A stretch of 64,000 nt of DNA, from NCBI GenBank assembly GCA_030704665.1, contig JAUYID010000009.1, positions 857,702 to 921,701 of the forward strand. The letters are read 5' to 3'. The notes under the pieces were generated by a model. That model was given only the letters and a program-made list of their open reading frames with translations, was not told the DNA's origin and did not search any database. The position numbers were made by a program, and so were the translations under genes. This document shows positions 18,453-28,046 of the stretch, in pieces (the first letter of the stretch is position 1; each line of letters begins with the position of its first letter). This DNA is from a bacterium (GTDB taxonomy: Bacteria > Patescibacteriota > Microgenomatia > Woykebacterales > RBG-16-39-9b).

Positions 18453-18874
18453 TATTTAGTTTCCTTTTTTGCCGTTGTGGTGGCGGCCTGTTCCATCTTT
18501 ACCAAAACTTCTTTCTTCATCGCTCCAATTGTTACTCTTTTACCTCGTTTTGTTCTTGAGTTACTTTTTGTTCTTTGTCCTCGAACTGGTAGGCTTTTTC
18601 TATGTCTTAAACCACGGTAAGTACCTATGTCCTCCAAACGGCGGATGTTTTGCCCAACCATTCTTCGCAGGTCCCCCTCAACTGGAATTTGCTCAACTGC
18701 TTTTTGGATCTTGGAAAGCTCTTCTTCCGATAAATCTTTGACTCGCTTGTCTGGGTCGATTTTAGCTGTTTCGACAACTTTTTTGGCCAGCGTCGGACCG
18801 ATACCATAGATGTAAGGTAAAGAAAAAACTATTTTTTTGTTGTTTGGCAGTTCAATTCCAGCTATTCTGGCCAT
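18452..18874 (-). CDS. rpsM: 30S ribosomal protein S13
   Basis: [14 protein letters not shown]...; ATG at 18874 (the track ORF uses an upstream TTG). Confidence 0.95.
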   Translation of the reverse strand: MARIAGIELPNNKKIVFSLPYIYGIGPTLAKKVVETAKIDPDKRVKDLSEEELSKIQKAVEQIPVEGDLRRMVGQNIRRLEDIGTYRGLRHRKSLPVRGQRTKSNSRTKRGKRVTIGAMKKEVLVKMEQAATTTAKKETK

Positions 18875-18912
18875 ATTTAGCAACCTTTAATTCTATAACT
18901 TCTAGTCTAAAA

Positions 18913-18963
18913 ATATCGACCGTAATACTAATTTTTAGTTTTCCAAAAACAACCTTTTGGTCG
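18913..18963 (-). repeat. intercistronic element copy A (rpmJ-rpsM gap): core flanked by 7-bp arms ATCGACC/GGTCGAT
   Basis: Minus-strand sense: ATCGACCAAAAGGTTGTTTTTGGAAAACTAAAAATTAGTATTACGGTCGAT. Begins with an ATG (18975) 6 nt after the rpmJ stop, giving a 41-codon mini-ORF (18850-18975) that runs into rpsM. Confidence 0.6.
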
Positions 18964-18981
18964 ATATAATTGCTCATAGTA

Positions 18982-19095
18982 ACTTAGCCCTGTCGTTGTT
19001 TGTGACGAGGGTTTACACAAATAACAAAAAGCGTTCCTCTACGCTTTACAATTTTACAGTTTATACAACGTTTTTTTATTGATGCTTGCACTTTC
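18982..19095 (-). CDS. rpmJ: 50S ribosomal protein L36 (zinc-ribbon C+ form), GTG start; absent from the ORF track
   Basis: GTG AAA GTG...: (M)[36 protein letters not shown], 37 aa, with the C-x2-C-x12-C-x4-H signature. Confidence 0.85.
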
Positions 19096-19133
19096 ACAGT
19101 AAACAACCTTACTTTCTATGATTTAGTTTAACA

Positions 19134-19173
19134 GTATCGACCGTAATACTAATTTTTAGTTTTCCAAAAACAA
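19134..19173 (-). repeat. intercistronic element copy B (infA-rpmJ gap), first 40 nt identical to copy A, upstream arm replaced
   Basis: 19134-19173 is identical to 18913-18952. The other arm is GCCCGGGG instead of GGTCGAT. Confidence 0.55.
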
Positions 19174-19200
19174 CCCCGGGCAGGTTTACAGTAATCAATG

Positions 19201-19437
19201 TTAACGATCCCGATAGACAATTCTGCCTTTGGTTAGATCGTAGGGTGTGATCTCAACCCGTACTTTGTCACCAGGCAAAATTCGAATGTAATGCATTCTC
19301 ATCTTACCGGCCAAATGAGCCGTGATCACTTTTCCTGCCAACACCTCAGGAGCAGTCTTATCAACTTCCACTCGAAAAAGAGTATTGGGCATATTCTCAA
19401 CTACTTTTCCAGTTATTTCAATATTTTCACTAGCCAT
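19201..19437 (-). CDS. infA: translation initiation factor IF-1
   Basis: 78 aa; S1-like OB-fold; ...[21 protein letters not shown]... Confidence 0.95.
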   Translation of the reverse strand: MASENIEITGKVVENMPNTLFRVEVDKTAPEVLAGKVITAHLAGKMRMHYIRILPGDKVRVEITPYDLTKGRIVYRDR

Positions 19438-19469
19438 AATTTAGCCTGAGTATTTTAGCAGAAAACTAC

Positions 19470-20213
19470 CTACTGGGTCAACACTACAGGTCCTTTTTTG
19501 GTAATCGCGACTGTTCTTTCAAAAAGACCCGACAAACTTCCGTCACGGCTTGCAATAGTCCAGCCATCCTCTAAAAGAACAACCGGCCCCTTCCCTTGGT
19601 TGTAAATCACCTCAATCGCAATCACCATACCTTCTTTCAGAACCGGTCCAGTCTCCTTCTTTCCAATACCTGGAACCAAAGGATCTTCATGCAAGGCTGT
19701 CCCAACACCATGACCCACCAGCTCTTTTACTACAGAATACCCTGCTTTCTCAACAGTTGTTTGGATGGTTGAGCTGATGTCCCCCACTCTGTTACCAACC
19801 TTTGCCTGGGCAATTGCCTTGTTCAGAGCTTCCTTTCCTGTCTTTAAGAAATTCTGGACCTCTGCTGAAACTCTCCCAACTGCGAAGGTCTCTGCCATGT
19901 CGGAGTGAAACCCTTGGTAAAGTGCTCCAATATCAATTCCTACTATGTCTCCCTCTTTAAAAGCTACCGCAGTGGGAATTCCGTGAACTACCAATTCGTT
20001 TTCAGTCACACAAATACTATACTGATAGTCCTCAACGGTCATGAAAGAGGGTTTTGCACCTTCTTTTTTTATGACTTCCTGAGCGGTCTTGTCAAGAGCG
20101 AGACCCGTCACACCACTTTTAATGTGCTTTTCTATTTCACCTAAAGCTTTGGCGGCAATTCGACCGGCCTCTGCCATAGTTTTTATTTCTTCTTTAGTTT
20201 TCAAATAAGCCAT
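19470..20213 (-). CDS. map: type I methionine aminopeptidase
   Basis: 247 aa; pita-bread fold with metal ligands D..D..H..E..E. Confidence 0.9.
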   Translation of the reverse strand: MAYLKTKEEIKTMAEAGRIAAKALGEIEKHIKSGVTGLALDKTAQEVIKKEGAKPSFMTVEDYQYSICVTENELVVHGIPTAVAFKEGDIVGIDIGALYQGFHSDMAETFAVGRVSAEVQNFLKTGKEALNKAIAQAKVGNRVGDISSTIQTTVEKAGYSVVKELVGHGVGTALHEDPLVPGIGKKETGPVLKEGMVIAIEVIYNQGKGPVVLLEDGWTIASRDGSLSGLFERTVAITKKGPVVLTQ

Positions 20214-20727
20214 CCAAAACCTTTTCTACTTCTGCTTCTGCTGGAGTGTTGTCTACTTCAAAAAATTTCACTCCGCGATTTTTGTAAAGTTCGATGACTG
20301 GAGTCACTTTTTCTTTGTACCAACCCAACCTCTTTTTGATACCCTCTTCAGTATCATCAACACGACCTCTATCCAACATGCGCTTGAGTGCTTCTGTTTC
20401 AGAAAGGCTAACCATGATGATCAGGTCTGGTTGCTTGCTCATCAGCCCTTCTTGAACCAGGTTTCTCGGCGCGCCGTCGAGAATAAAACCCTTTTCCGTA
20501 TCTGATTCATTTATTCTTTTGTTAACGATCTGCATAGTTAAATCATCAGGAGACAGCCCACCCCGATCATAAAGACTTTTAACGCGCCTTCCTGTTTCAG
20601 AATCTTCCTCTCGGAGTTGTCGAAAAATATCTCCAGTCGCAATAAAAGGTACTTTTAACTTTCCTGCCAAATATTTTCCGATTGTACTCTTTCCGGCTCC
20701 CTGAGCGCCAAAGAGAAAAATATTCAT
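20194..20727 (-). CDS. adk: adenylate kinase (short form without zinc lid)
   Basis: P-loop GAQGAGKST... Confidence 0.9.
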   Translation of the reverse strand: MNIFLFGAQGAGKSTIGKYLAGKLKVPFIATGDIFRQLREEDSETGRRVKSLYDRGGLSPDDLTMQIVNKRINESDTEKGFILDGAPRNLVQEGLMSKQPDLIIMVSLSETEALKRMLDRGRVDDTEEGIKKRLGWYKEKVTPVIELYKNRGVKFFEVDNTPAEAEVEKVLDGLFEN

Positions 20728-22013
20728 TATCTGTTTAAAAAGCCTTCATAGGATCGCATGATCAACTGCGACTCAAGTTGTTTTGAAGTTTCAAGTATGA
20801 CAGAAATGACAATTAAAAGTCCCGTTCCACCAAAAGCAAGAGTACTTACGTGACTGATATTGGTAATAATAAAAGGCATTACCGCCACAACACCAAGAAA
20901 ACTACCACCAACCAAAGTCAGACGGGTAGCAATAAAGTTTAGGTAGTCTGAAGTTGCTTTTCCGGGACGAATTCCAGGTATAAAACCACCGTATTTTTTG
21001 ATTTCGTCAGCAACTTTGACTGGATTAAAGACAATCGAGGTATAAACGTAAGTAAAAGCTAAGACCAAAACAAAGTAAATACCACTATAAAAATAGCTGC
21101 TATCGTTGAACAAGTCTCTGACAAACTTTGCGATATTCGCGACCTGGTGGTTTTGAGAAGTAGCAAAAAAGGTCCCCAACATCCCTGGGACCAAAATGAT
21201 TGAAACTGCAAAAATAATTGGGATGACACCAGCTTGGTTAATACGAATCGGTAAGTGAGTAGTCTGGCCTCCGTAGAGTCGGTTCCCCCGAATACGACGG
21301 GCGTATTGAATCAAGATTTGCCTCTGTCCTTCATTACCAATGATAACCCCAACAATTAAAATGATTCCCAAAGCTACGACCAAGCCAATGGTAAGAAGGT
21401 TGTCCGGCGTCAAAATCTCTTTGGTTTGCAGCAGAGTAACTGGCAACCGACCAACGATACCAGCGAAAATTAAAATTGAGATACCGTTTCCAATACCTTG
21501 TTCGGTTATTAGCTCTCCTAGCCACATCAACATGATTGTCCCAGCAACCAAAGTCGCCATGATAGTCACCAGTTCGATTAGATTTAAGTTCAGCAAAACT
21601 CCGCCACCTGATCTTTGCAAAAAGACTATCACTCCGTAGGATTGAACAATAGCAATTGGCACCGTCAGGTAGCGCGTGTACTGATTGATTTTTTGTCGTC
21701 CGTACTCGCCTTCTTTTTGTAAAGCTTCTATTTGTGGAACGACTACCCCCAAGAGCTGCATTATGATGGAAGCATTGATGTACGGATTCAATCCCAAGGC
21801 GATTATTGAAAAGTTAAACAAAGTACCCCCTGAGAAAAGATCCAGCAGCTGTAAAATTTGATTTCCACTCACCAAGCTTCTCAAAGCATTAAGATCAACA
21901 CCGGGTATAGGAACGTGGGCTGCTAGGCGGAATAGGACGATGATCCCAAGAGTAAAAAGTATCTTTTGCCGCAGGTCGGGAGTTTTCCAAATGTCGGTCA
22001 GCAGTCTAAACAT
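20727..22013 (-). CDS. secY: preprotein translocase subunit SecY
   Basis: 428 aa, 10 TM, SecY signatures. Confidence 0.95.
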   Translation of the reverse strand: MFRLLTDIWKTPDLRQKILFTLGIIVLFRLAAHVPIPGVDLNALRSLVSGNQILQLLDLFSGGTLFNFSIIALGLNPYINASIIMQLLGVVVPQIEALQKEGEYGRQKINQYTRYLTVPIAIVQSYGVIVFLQRSGGGVLLNLNLIELVTIMATLVAGTIMLMWLGELITEQGIGNGISILIFAGIVGRLPVTLLQTKEILTPDNLLTIGLVVALGIILIVGVIIGNEGQRQILIQYARRIRGNRLYGGQTTHLPIRINQAGVIPIIFAVSIILVPGMLGTFFATSQNHQVANIAKFVRDLFNDSSYFYSGIYFVLVLAFTYVYTSIVFNPVKVADEIKKYGGFIPGIRPGKATSDYLNFIATRLTLVGGSFLGVVAVMPFIITNISHVSTLAFGGTGLLIVISVILETSKQLESQLIMRSYEGFLNR

Positions 22014-22437
22014 GCTCTACTTTCCCTTTGGACTTCTCAATTTCCTTTTTGGCTGATTGTGTAGTCGGTAACTGAATGTTTAGTGCTTTGCTGATTTTCC
22101 CGGCGACAATCTTGATTTTTTTTGTCGCATCGCTTGCGCTTATGATCTTTTTTTCAACAAGAGAGTCTAAATTAACACTGTCTCCGCTGTTGAATATTTC
22201 TAAAGAAGAAAGGCTAACTGCAAGTTTCGACCCCGGTCTTTTGTTTCCGACACCACGTTGGAAAGGCAGACGTTTGATGATTGGCAATTGACCACCCTCA
22301 AAACTTAGCGGTAGTTTGCCCCGGGCTTTTTGCCCTTTCATTCCTCGACCAGAGGTTTTTCCTTTTCCCGAGGACTCTCCACGACCCACTTTTTTGGCTC
22401 TTTTGGAAACTACTTTTCCCAGTTCATGCATTTTCAT
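22006..22437 (-). CDS. rplO: 50S ribosomal protein L15
   Basis: ...[25 protein letters not shown]... Confidence 0.9.
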   Translation of the reverse strand: MKMHELGKVVSKRAKKVGRGESSGKGKTSGRGMKGQKARGKLPLSFEGGQLPIIKRLPFQRGVGNKRPGSKLAVSLSSLEIFNSGDSVNLDSLVEKKIISASDATKKIKIVAGKISKALNIQLPTTQSAKKEIEKSKGKVEHV

Positions 22438-22988
22438 TTTTTTGCCTCTTTCTTGGTTTTCTTTTCTCTTTTAGCAAGAACAACAGCTTTTTCCCTAACA
22501 TCCGTAGCCGCCTCTGTTTTCTTTTCTTCTTTCTTTTCTTTTTGTGGTACTGCTCGCAAACTTTTCAATGCTTCGAGTGTTGCATAAACATTGGAGGCTT
22601 TGTTTGAAGTACCCAAGACCTTGGAAAGGATATCATGAATACCTGCTGCTTCCAGTACAGCGCGGGCAGCCCCGCCGGCGATTACTCCGGTGCCTGGGTA
22701 AGCAGGTTTGAGAAGTAGTTTGGCGGCTCCAGTTTTTATATAAACTTCATGAGGAATAGTCCCGTCCACCATTGGCACTTCAATCAAGTGCTTTTTCGCG
22801 TAAGCAACGCCTTTTCTAATCGCTGCCTGGACTTCAGGAGCTTTCCCCAAACCAACTCCAACCCTACCTTTGTTGTCACCAACCACGACTAGGACGGAGA
22901 AGCCGATTTTGTTTCCACCTTTAGTTTTTTTGGAAACACGGCTTACTCGAACTATTTTTTCGCTAAACTCACCTTGTTCGTACATCAT
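22434..22988 (-). CDS. rpsE: 30S ribosomal protein S5 (Lys-rich C-terminal tail)
   Basis: S5 dsRBD plus C-terminal domain. Directly abuts rplO, so there is no rpmD. Confidence 0.9.
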   Translation of the reverse strand: MMYEQGEFSEKIVRVSRVSKKTKGGNKIGFSVLVVVGDNKGRVGVGLGKAPEVQAAIRKGVAYAKKHLIEVPMVDGTIPHEVYIKTGAAKLLLKPAYPGTGVIAGGAARAVLEAAGIHDILSKVLGTSNKASNVYATLEALKSLRAVPQKEKKEEKKTEAATDVREKAVVLAKREKKTKKEAKK

Positions 22989-23338
22989 TAAAATTCAAGC
23001 CCTCCTTCACGGGCTCCTTCTGCCAAAGCTTTTACCCGACCATGATAAAGATATCCCGAGCGATCAAAAACTACTTTTTTGATCTTTTCCTTCAAAGCTT
23101 TTTCAGCAAGAAGCTTTCCAGCAGCAAAGGCCTTTTCAGTTTTTTTCTGGTTTTTCCCTTCTTTTAAGACCCTATCTCCAACTGAAAGTAGTGTTTTTCC
23201 AACGGTATCGTCGATTAACGAGGCGTAAATATGTGTGTTGGAACGAAAAACATTCAACCTTGGTACCAGGGCGGTTCCAGAAATCTTTGCCCTGATAGCT
23301 GTCTTTCTCTTTAATTTTCTGACAATTTTGCTTCTCAT
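22988..23338 (-). CDS. rplR: 50S ribosomal protein L18
   Basis: ...[18 protein letters not shown]... Confidence 0.9.
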   Translation of the reverse strand: MRSKIVRKLKRKTAIRAKISGTALVPRLNVFRSNTHIYASLIDDTVGKTLLSVGDRVLKEGKNQKKTEKAFAAGKLLAEKALKEKIKKVVFDRSGYLYHGRVKALAEGAREGGLEF

Positions 23339-23340
23339 CT

Positions 23341-23889
23341 TTAGGCTCCAGTTCCTACTTTTCCGGCCTTACCAGCCTTACGACGGATTTGCTCACCCTC
23401 ATATTTAATTCCCTTGCCTTTATAAGGTTCTGCTGGCCGGACTTTGCGGATTTTTGCGGCTACCTCACCAACCAATTGCTTGTCTATCCCTGATACAGTA
23501 ATTTTGTTTTCTTTGACCAAAAAGACGATCCCTTCCGGTGGGTCTATTTCAACTTGGTGGGAATAACCAACTGAAAGAACTAATTTCTCTCCTTGCAAGG
23601 TGGCCCGAAAGCCAACTCCGGAAAGCTCGAGTGTCTTTGAAAAACCCTCAGAAACCCCTTGAACCATATTGGCGATCAAGCTACGTATCAAACCATGAAG
23701 TGCTTTGACTCTTTTCTCTTCACTACCAACACTTACTTTGGCAGCACCTGTTTCAACCTCGACTTTGACTTCAGAAGGAACTTTCTGCCAAAGCTCTCCC
23801 TTTGGCCCCACAACACTAACACCACCTCGATCAAGGCTTATTTGTACTGCACTAGGTATTACCACTGGTTGTTTGCCAATTTTGCTCAT
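23341..23889 (-). CDS. rplF: 50S ribosomal protein L6
   Basis: [14 protein letters not shown]... Confidence 0.9.
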   Translation of the reverse strand: MSKIGKQPVVIPSAVQISLDRGGVSVVGPKGELWQKVPSEVKVEVETGAAKVSVGSEEKRVKALHGLIRSLIANMVQGVSEGFSKTLELSGVGFRATLQGEKLVLSVGYSHQVEIDPPEGIVFLVKENKITVSGIDKQLVGEVAAKIRKVRPAEPYKGKGIKYEGEQIRRKAGKAGKVGTGA

Positions 23890-24282
23890 TTACCAACCCT
23901 CACAAATTACTTCTCCCCCGATACCCATCTTTCGCGCTTCCGCTCCAGACAAAATACCTTTTGGGGTACTCATGATAGAAAATCCCAGGCCACTCAAAAC
24001 TTTTTTAATCTCTTTTTTGCCTCGATAGGTTCTTAAACCTGGTCTTGAAACTCTTCTGATTTTGGTCAGAACAGGTTTTCCGTCTTCGTATTTAAGTTGA
24101 AGATCGAGTTCTTTAAACTTACCTTCCTTATTTACCTGGACCCCAGTCAAATACCCCAACCCTACCAATTTCTTGGCAACTTCCTCGCGCAGTTTTGAAT
24201 GCGGTACCACCACCTCTTCTTTAGAGGCAGAATACCCGTTGCGGATCGCTGTCAGCATATCTCCAATAATATCTCTGCTCAT
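23890..24282 (-). CDS. rpsH: 30S ribosomal protein S8
   Basis: M..D.IGDMLTAIRN... Confidence 0.95.
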   Translation of the reverse strand: MSRDIIGDMLTAIRNGYSASKEEVVVPHSKLREEVAKKLVGLGYLTGVQVNKEGKFKELDLQLKYEDGKPVLTKIRRVSRPGLRTYRGKKEIKKVLSGLGFSIMSTPKGILSGAEARKMGIGGEVICEGW

Positions 24283-24286
24283 AAAT

Positions 24287-24472
24287 TTACCAACTAGCCT
24301 TTACCACACCTGGTAAGTTTCCCTGGTGAGCTAAATTTCTAAAACAAATCCGGCAAAGGCCAAATTTTCGTATGTAGGCTCGAGAACGTCCACAGACCAA
24401 GCACCGATTGTGTTGCCGGGTTGTAAACTTTGCCGTTCTTTTTGATTTTACGATCATTGCTGTTCTTGCCAT
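24287..24472 (-). CDS. rpsZ: 30S ribosomal protein S14, type Z (zinc-binding)
   Basis: 61 aa; [22 protein letters not shown]. Confidence 0.95.
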   Translation of the reverse strand: MARTAMIVKSKRTAKFTTRQHNRCLVCGRSRAYIRKFGLCRICFRNLAHQGNLPGVVKASW

Positions 24473-24487
24473 AATTTCTAAATATCC

Positions 24488-24556
24488 TTACGTCCTATCC
24501 TCATTAAATTTAGCAGTTATAGCGACAACCTCTCGGTCTGAATAATTTTTCATCAT
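24488..24556 (-). repeat. degenerate intercistronic element copy F (rplE-rpsZ gap)
   Basis: ATGATGAAAAATTATTCAGACCGAGAGGTTGTCGCTATAACTGCTAAATTTAATGAGG resembles the 5' half of copy A (AATTAT..GACC.A.AGGTTGT). Its ATG overlaps the rplE TGA by 1 nt (TGATG), giving a 22-codon mini-ORF. Confidence 0.4.
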
Positions 24557-25095
24557 CAACTTACCTTTCTGAATGGAAAACCTAGGTTTTCCAACAAACT
24601 CATCGCTTCTTCTTTATTTTTTGTCGTTGTCGTCAGGGTAATTTCCATTCCTGATTGGCTATCCCCTTTGGTGTACTCAATCTCAGGAAAGACTGTCTTT
24701 TCCTTAAACCCTAGAGTATAGTTCCCATTCTCATCAAAACTGCTAGCCGCGATGCCACGGAAGTCACGGACTCGAGGCAAAACAATCCGTGTCATTTTTT
24801 CAACAAAGTCCCACATCCTTTTTCCCCGCAGGGTGACTTTTGCTCCAATCAGCTGCCCTTTACGAATTTTGAATGACGCGATCGCTGCTCGAGCAGCTCT
24901 TAAAGAAGGCTTTTGTCCGGTGATCTTCACCAAATCAGTTTGAATCGCCTCAACTGCTTTTTGATCGGCAGCTACTTTACCAAATCCAACATTAATTGTC
25001 ACCTTTGAGAGTTTGGGCACACTCATTGGGTTTTTGTAGTCAAACTGTTTGGTAAGTTTTTCCTTTATTTCTTTTTCGTAGATTTCTTTTAACAT
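24556..25095 (-). CDS. rplE: 50S ribosomal protein L5
   Basis: 179 aa; L5 signatures. Confidence 0.95.
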   Translation of the reverse strand: MLKEIYEKEIKEKLTKQFDYKNPMSVPKLSKVTINVGFGKVAADQKAVEAIQTDLVKITGQKPSLRAARAAIASFKIRKGQLIGAKVTLRGKRMWDFVEKMTRIVLPRVRDFRGIAASSFDENGNYTLGFKEKTVFPEIEYTKGDSQSGMEITLTTTTKNKEEAMSLLENLGFPFRKVS

Positions 25096-25099
25096 TTTT

Positions 25100-25405
25100 T
25101 TAAAAACTCTGTTTACATTTTTTGCAAATTCGCAATTTTTCTTTCCCCTTTACTTCAAAACTGACTCTGGTAGGCAAATTGCACTTAGGGCAAACCAAAG
25201 CTACATTACTTATTGCCAAGGGTTTGATGATATCAACTATTCCAGCCTGCGCAACGCCTTTTCTTGATTTCAAATGTTTTTTGTACATATTGATACCGGC
25301 AACAGCTACTTTGGCTTCAGAGGTAAAAACTTTCTCGACTTTACCAGTCTTGCCTTTATCTTTTCCCAAAGTAACTATTACATTGTCACCTCTTTTAATT
25401 TTCAT
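25100..25405 (-). CDS. rplX: 50S ribosomal protein L24 (variant with C-terminal CxxC...CxxC)
   Basis: MKIKRGDNVIVTLGKDKGKTGKV...; the C-terminus CPKCNLPTRVSFEVKGKEKLRICKKC replaces the usual DPKTG...KKSG. Confidence 0.9.
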   Translation of the reverse strand: MKIKRGDNVIVTLGKDKGKTGKVEKVFTSEAKVAVAGINMYKKHLKSRKGVAQAGIVDIIKPLAISNVALVCPKCNLPTRVSFEVKGKEKLRICKKCKQSF

Positions 25406-25428
25406 TTTCGGGCTCCTAGAAAGAAAGC

Positions 25429-25500
25429 ATCGACCAACATATTAATTTTTACTGTCTGTAAAATTGCACCCTGCTTCTCCGAAACAACCTTCTGGTCGAT
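25429..25500 (-). repeat. intercistronic element copy C (rplN-rplX gap), same ATCGACC/GGTCGAT arms, 31-nt insertion in the core
   Basis: ATCGACCAGAAGGTTGTTT[cggagaagcagggtgcaattttacagacagt]AAAAATTAATATGTTGGTCGAT. The 35-codon mini-ORF at 25402-25509 starts 2 nt after the rplN stop, and its TGA overlaps the rplX ATG (ATGA). Confidence 0.55.
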
Positions 25501-25511
25501 ATAGTTCATTC

Positions 25512-25880
25512 TCAAACCACCTCTGGGGCAAGAGAAACTATTTTTAAAAACCCTTTGTCTCGAATTTCACGAGCGACGGGACCAAAAATACGAGTCCCTT
25601 TTGGATTGCCCGCGTTGTCAATCACTACGGCCGCGTTTTCATCAAAGCGAACATGGCTACCGTCGGCTCTTCTTTTTTCTTTCTTTGATCGAACCAAAAG
25701 CGCTCTGACAATCTCAGAATCTTTTACCGTTCCGTTTGGATCTGCTTTTTTCACCACGCAGGTTACCACATCCCCAATGCGGGCAAAGCGTTGCCTTGAC
25801 CGTGCGGGTATGCCGATCACCATCAAACTCTTTGCGCCAGAATTGTCGGCAACTTTTAATATACTGCGGTTCTGAATCAT
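25512..25880 (-). CDS. rplN: 50S ribosomal protein L14
   Basis: [17 protein letters not shown]... Confidence 0.95.
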   Translation of the reverse strand: MIQNRSILKVADNSGAKSLMVIGIPARSRQRFARIGDVVTCVVKKADPNGTVKDSEIVRALLVRSKKEKRRADGSHVRFDENAAVVIDNAGNPKGTRIFGPVAREIRDKGFLKIVSLAPEVV

Positions 25881-26125
25881 TTCTTTTCTACCTCTTTTGC
25901 TTGTCCCTCACTAAGGACTTCAATTACTCTGTGGTACTTTAATTTCGAAATTGGTTTGGTTGCTTCGAAACGCACTGTATCTCCTTGTTTTACCCCCAAC
26001 TCATCGTGAACGTGAAACCTTGAGGTTCTCTTCAGACGTTTTTTATAAACGCTGTGGGCAAAAGTACGCTCAACCTCAACTACGACAGTGTTTTTCATTT
26101 TTGTACTGACTACTTTTCCAATCAT
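25877..26125 (-). CDS. rpsQ: 30S ribosomal protein S17
   Basis: 82 aa; S17 OB-fold. Confidence 0.9.
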   Translation of the reverse strand: MIGKVVSTKMKNTVVVEVERTFAHSVYKKRLKRTSRFHVHDELGVKQGDTVRFEATKPISKLKYHRVIEVLSEGQAKEVEKK

Positions 26126-26316
26126 TGTGCGATTTCCTTTTCTCTGGCAGCAGTTAAAATACGGGCCAGCTCTTTTCTCTTTTCTCTGAGCTCATGAATA
26201 TTCTTGAGCTTTCTTTGTTGTTTTTGAACCCCCAGGTTGACTAAAGTTTTTTTACTTTCGTCTGCCAAAACCTTCAATTCTTTTAGATTTTTTTCCGTAA
26301 ATTTAGTTTTGTTCAT
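26122..26316 (-). CDS. rpmC: 50S ribosomal protein L29
   Basis: 64 aa; helical L29. Confidence 0.85.
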   Translation of the reverse strand: MNKTKFTEKNLKELKVLADESKKTLVNLGVQKQQRKLKNIHELREKRKELARILTAAREKEIAQ

Positions 26317-26318
26317 TT

Positions 26319-26732
26319 TTAAATCAAGTGCTTTGTTATAAATTTCACTCCTAGAGGAAGCTTTCTGGCCGCCAACCTCATTGCTTCGGCGGCAACTTCC
26401 TCGCTGACCCCACCCATCTCGAAAAGGATAAGTCCAGGTTTGACCACAGCAACATAGCGATCGACCGCACCTTTGCCACTACCCATCCGTGTTTCAGGTG
26501 GCTTCTTGGTGACCGGTTTATCAGGGAAAACTCTGATCCAGATCCTTCCCCCTCTTTTTGTGTAGTGAGTCATAGCTCGACGAGCGGCTTCAATCTGACG
26601 AGCACTCACCCAACCACTCTCCTGTGCCTTCAAACCGTAGTCACCAAACTCTAAACTCGAACCTCGGGTCGCTACTCCACCCATATTACCTCGGAAACCT
26701 CTTCGATATTTCACTCTTTTGGGTTGTAGCAT
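26319..26732 (-). CDS. rplP: 50S ribosomal protein L16
   Basis: [11 protein letters not shown]... start at the internal ATG; the track ORF is extended upstream into the rpsC 3' end. Confidence 0.9.
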   Translation of the reverse strand: MLQPKRVKYRRGFRGNMGGVATRGSSLEFGDYGLKAQESGWVSARQIEAARRAMTHYTKRGGRIWIRVFPDKPVTKKPPETRMGSGKGAVDRYVAVVKPGLILFEMGGVSEEVAAEAMRLAARKLPLGVKFITKHLI

Positions 26733-26733
26733 A

Positions 26734-27372
26734 TTAGCCTTCCTTTTCCTCTTTTTCCCGATAAATCCAAACTTTGACTCCGACCACTCCCGCCGTAGCA
26801 GTCTTGGCTGGAACCGTCGCAAAATTAATATTGGCTCTCAATGTGTGCAAAGGAATGCTGCCAATTGCGATCTTTTCTCTGCGCGCAATTTCCGCTCCGC
26901 CCAGCCTGCCACTAACCAAAATCTTGACCCCTTTGGCTCCTGAACGCATAACTCTTTCAGCAGCGTTGGCGATGACTCTCTTCGGGTGCATTCTCTTTTC
27001 AATTTGATCAGCGATACTTCTACCCACCAGAAAAGCATCCAAATCTGGTCTTTTTATTTCCTCGACATTTAAGGTAACTTTTTGATCAATCAGAGCCTCG
27101 AGCTGCCTCTTTAGTTCTTCGACGCCCTGCCCGCTTCTTCCAATCACCATACCTGGTCGTGAAACAAAAACGGTAACGTCTAGTTTGTTCAAAGAGCGTT
27201 CGATTAAAACTCTACTAATCCCTGCTGGGCGCAGTTTTTTAGTAATCAACTCTCGGATTTTTAGATCATCCTGGAGCAGATTCTTGTAGCGGGTACCGGT
27301 TGTAATCCAACGAGAATTCCAGTCTTTATTGATCGGCAGTCTAAAAGCGGTTGGGTTTACTTTTTGTCCCAT
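26734..27372 (-). CDS. rpsC: 30S ribosomal protein S3
   Basis: [12 protein letters not shown]... start by homology; KH domain. Confidence 0.9.
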   Translation of the reverse strand: MGQKVNPTAFRLPINKDWNSRWITTGTRYKNLLQDDLKIRELITKKLRPAGISRVLIERSLNKLDVTVFVSRPGMVIGRSGQGVEELKRQLEALIDQKVTLNVEEIKRPDLDAFLVGRSIADQIEKRMHPKRVIANAAERVMRSGAKGVKILVSGRLGGAEIARREKIAIGSIPLHTLRANINFATVPAKTATAGVVGVKVWIYREKEEKEG

Positions 27373-27415
27373 TTCAACAAATCTCCTTCTCAATTAGAAA
27401 ATATTTACTCATATG

Positions 27416-27748
27416 TTACTTAGCCTCCAATGTCACACGAACGTGGCTAGTTCGTTTGATAATCTTGTGAGCCATTCCCCGGCTTCGGGGGCGAAATCGT
27501 TTCAATTTTGGCCCTTCCATAGTTTCAATAGTTTTGATAAACATTTTCTCCTCATCAAGTTTGTTGTTTTTGCTTGCGTTGCTGACAGCAGATTTAAGCA
27601 CTTTCAGCAAGGGTGAAGCTGAACTCTTTTCGAGAAAACGAAGATAATTGATTGCTTCAAGTGCCTTTTTCCCTTTCAAGCTCTCTGCCACAAGACGAAC
27701 TTTGCGGGGAGAAATTCTTAAATTGTTTGCTTCTGCTGTAACCAACAT
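27416..27748 (-). CDS. rplV: 50S ribosomal protein L22
   Basis: 110 aa; L22 signatures. Confidence 0.9.
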   Translation of the reverse strand: MLVTAEANNLRISPRKVRLVAESLKGKKALEAINYLRFLEKSSASPLLKVLKSAVSNASKNNKLDEEKMFIKTIETMEGPKLKRFRPRSRGMAHKIIKRTSHVRVTLEAK

Positions 27749-27760
27749 ATTTTTTAACTG

Positions 27761-28045
27761 CTAGGTTGGTGAACTGGTCCTTTCAACCACTCGCCCATGA
27801 GATCGAAACGTTCTGGTTGGGGCGAACTCTCCAAGTTTGTGTCCCACCATCGGCTCGCTGATAAAAACGGAGATAAAGTTTTTGCCGTTGTGAATACTAA
27901 GAGTGAGCCCAACCATCTCGGGCGAAATACTGCTGGCACGTGCCCAAGTTTTTATTGGGCTTCTGTCGCCGGCCTCCTTGGCTTTCACAATTTTCTTTTG
28001 CAGTTTTTTGTCAATGTAAGGACCTTTGGATAAAGATCGACTCAT
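27761..28045 (-). CDS. rpsS: 30S ribosomal protein S19
   Basis: ...KGPYID..L.KK...[23 protein letters not shown]. Confidence 0.95.
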   Translation of the reverse strand: MSRSLSKGPYIDKKLQKKIVKAKEAGDRSPIKTWARASSISPEMVGLTLSIHNGKNFISVFISEPMVGHKLGEFAPTRTFRSHGRVVERTSSPT

Positions 28046-28046
28046 T

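Noticed and set aside
18884-19200. Initial impression that L36 is absent between infA and rpsM
   Set aside because: A GTG-initiated 37-codon rpmJ was found on re-reading the minus strand (18982-19095).
18850-25509. Mini-ORF peptides (M.NYIDQKVV...) as a conserved small-protein family
   Set aside because: Copies D and E keep the nucleotide core but not the frame (E has no ATG). The arm changes are compensatory at the nucleotide level rather than synonymous. So the similarity is nucleotide or structure driven, although translation of some copies remains plausible.
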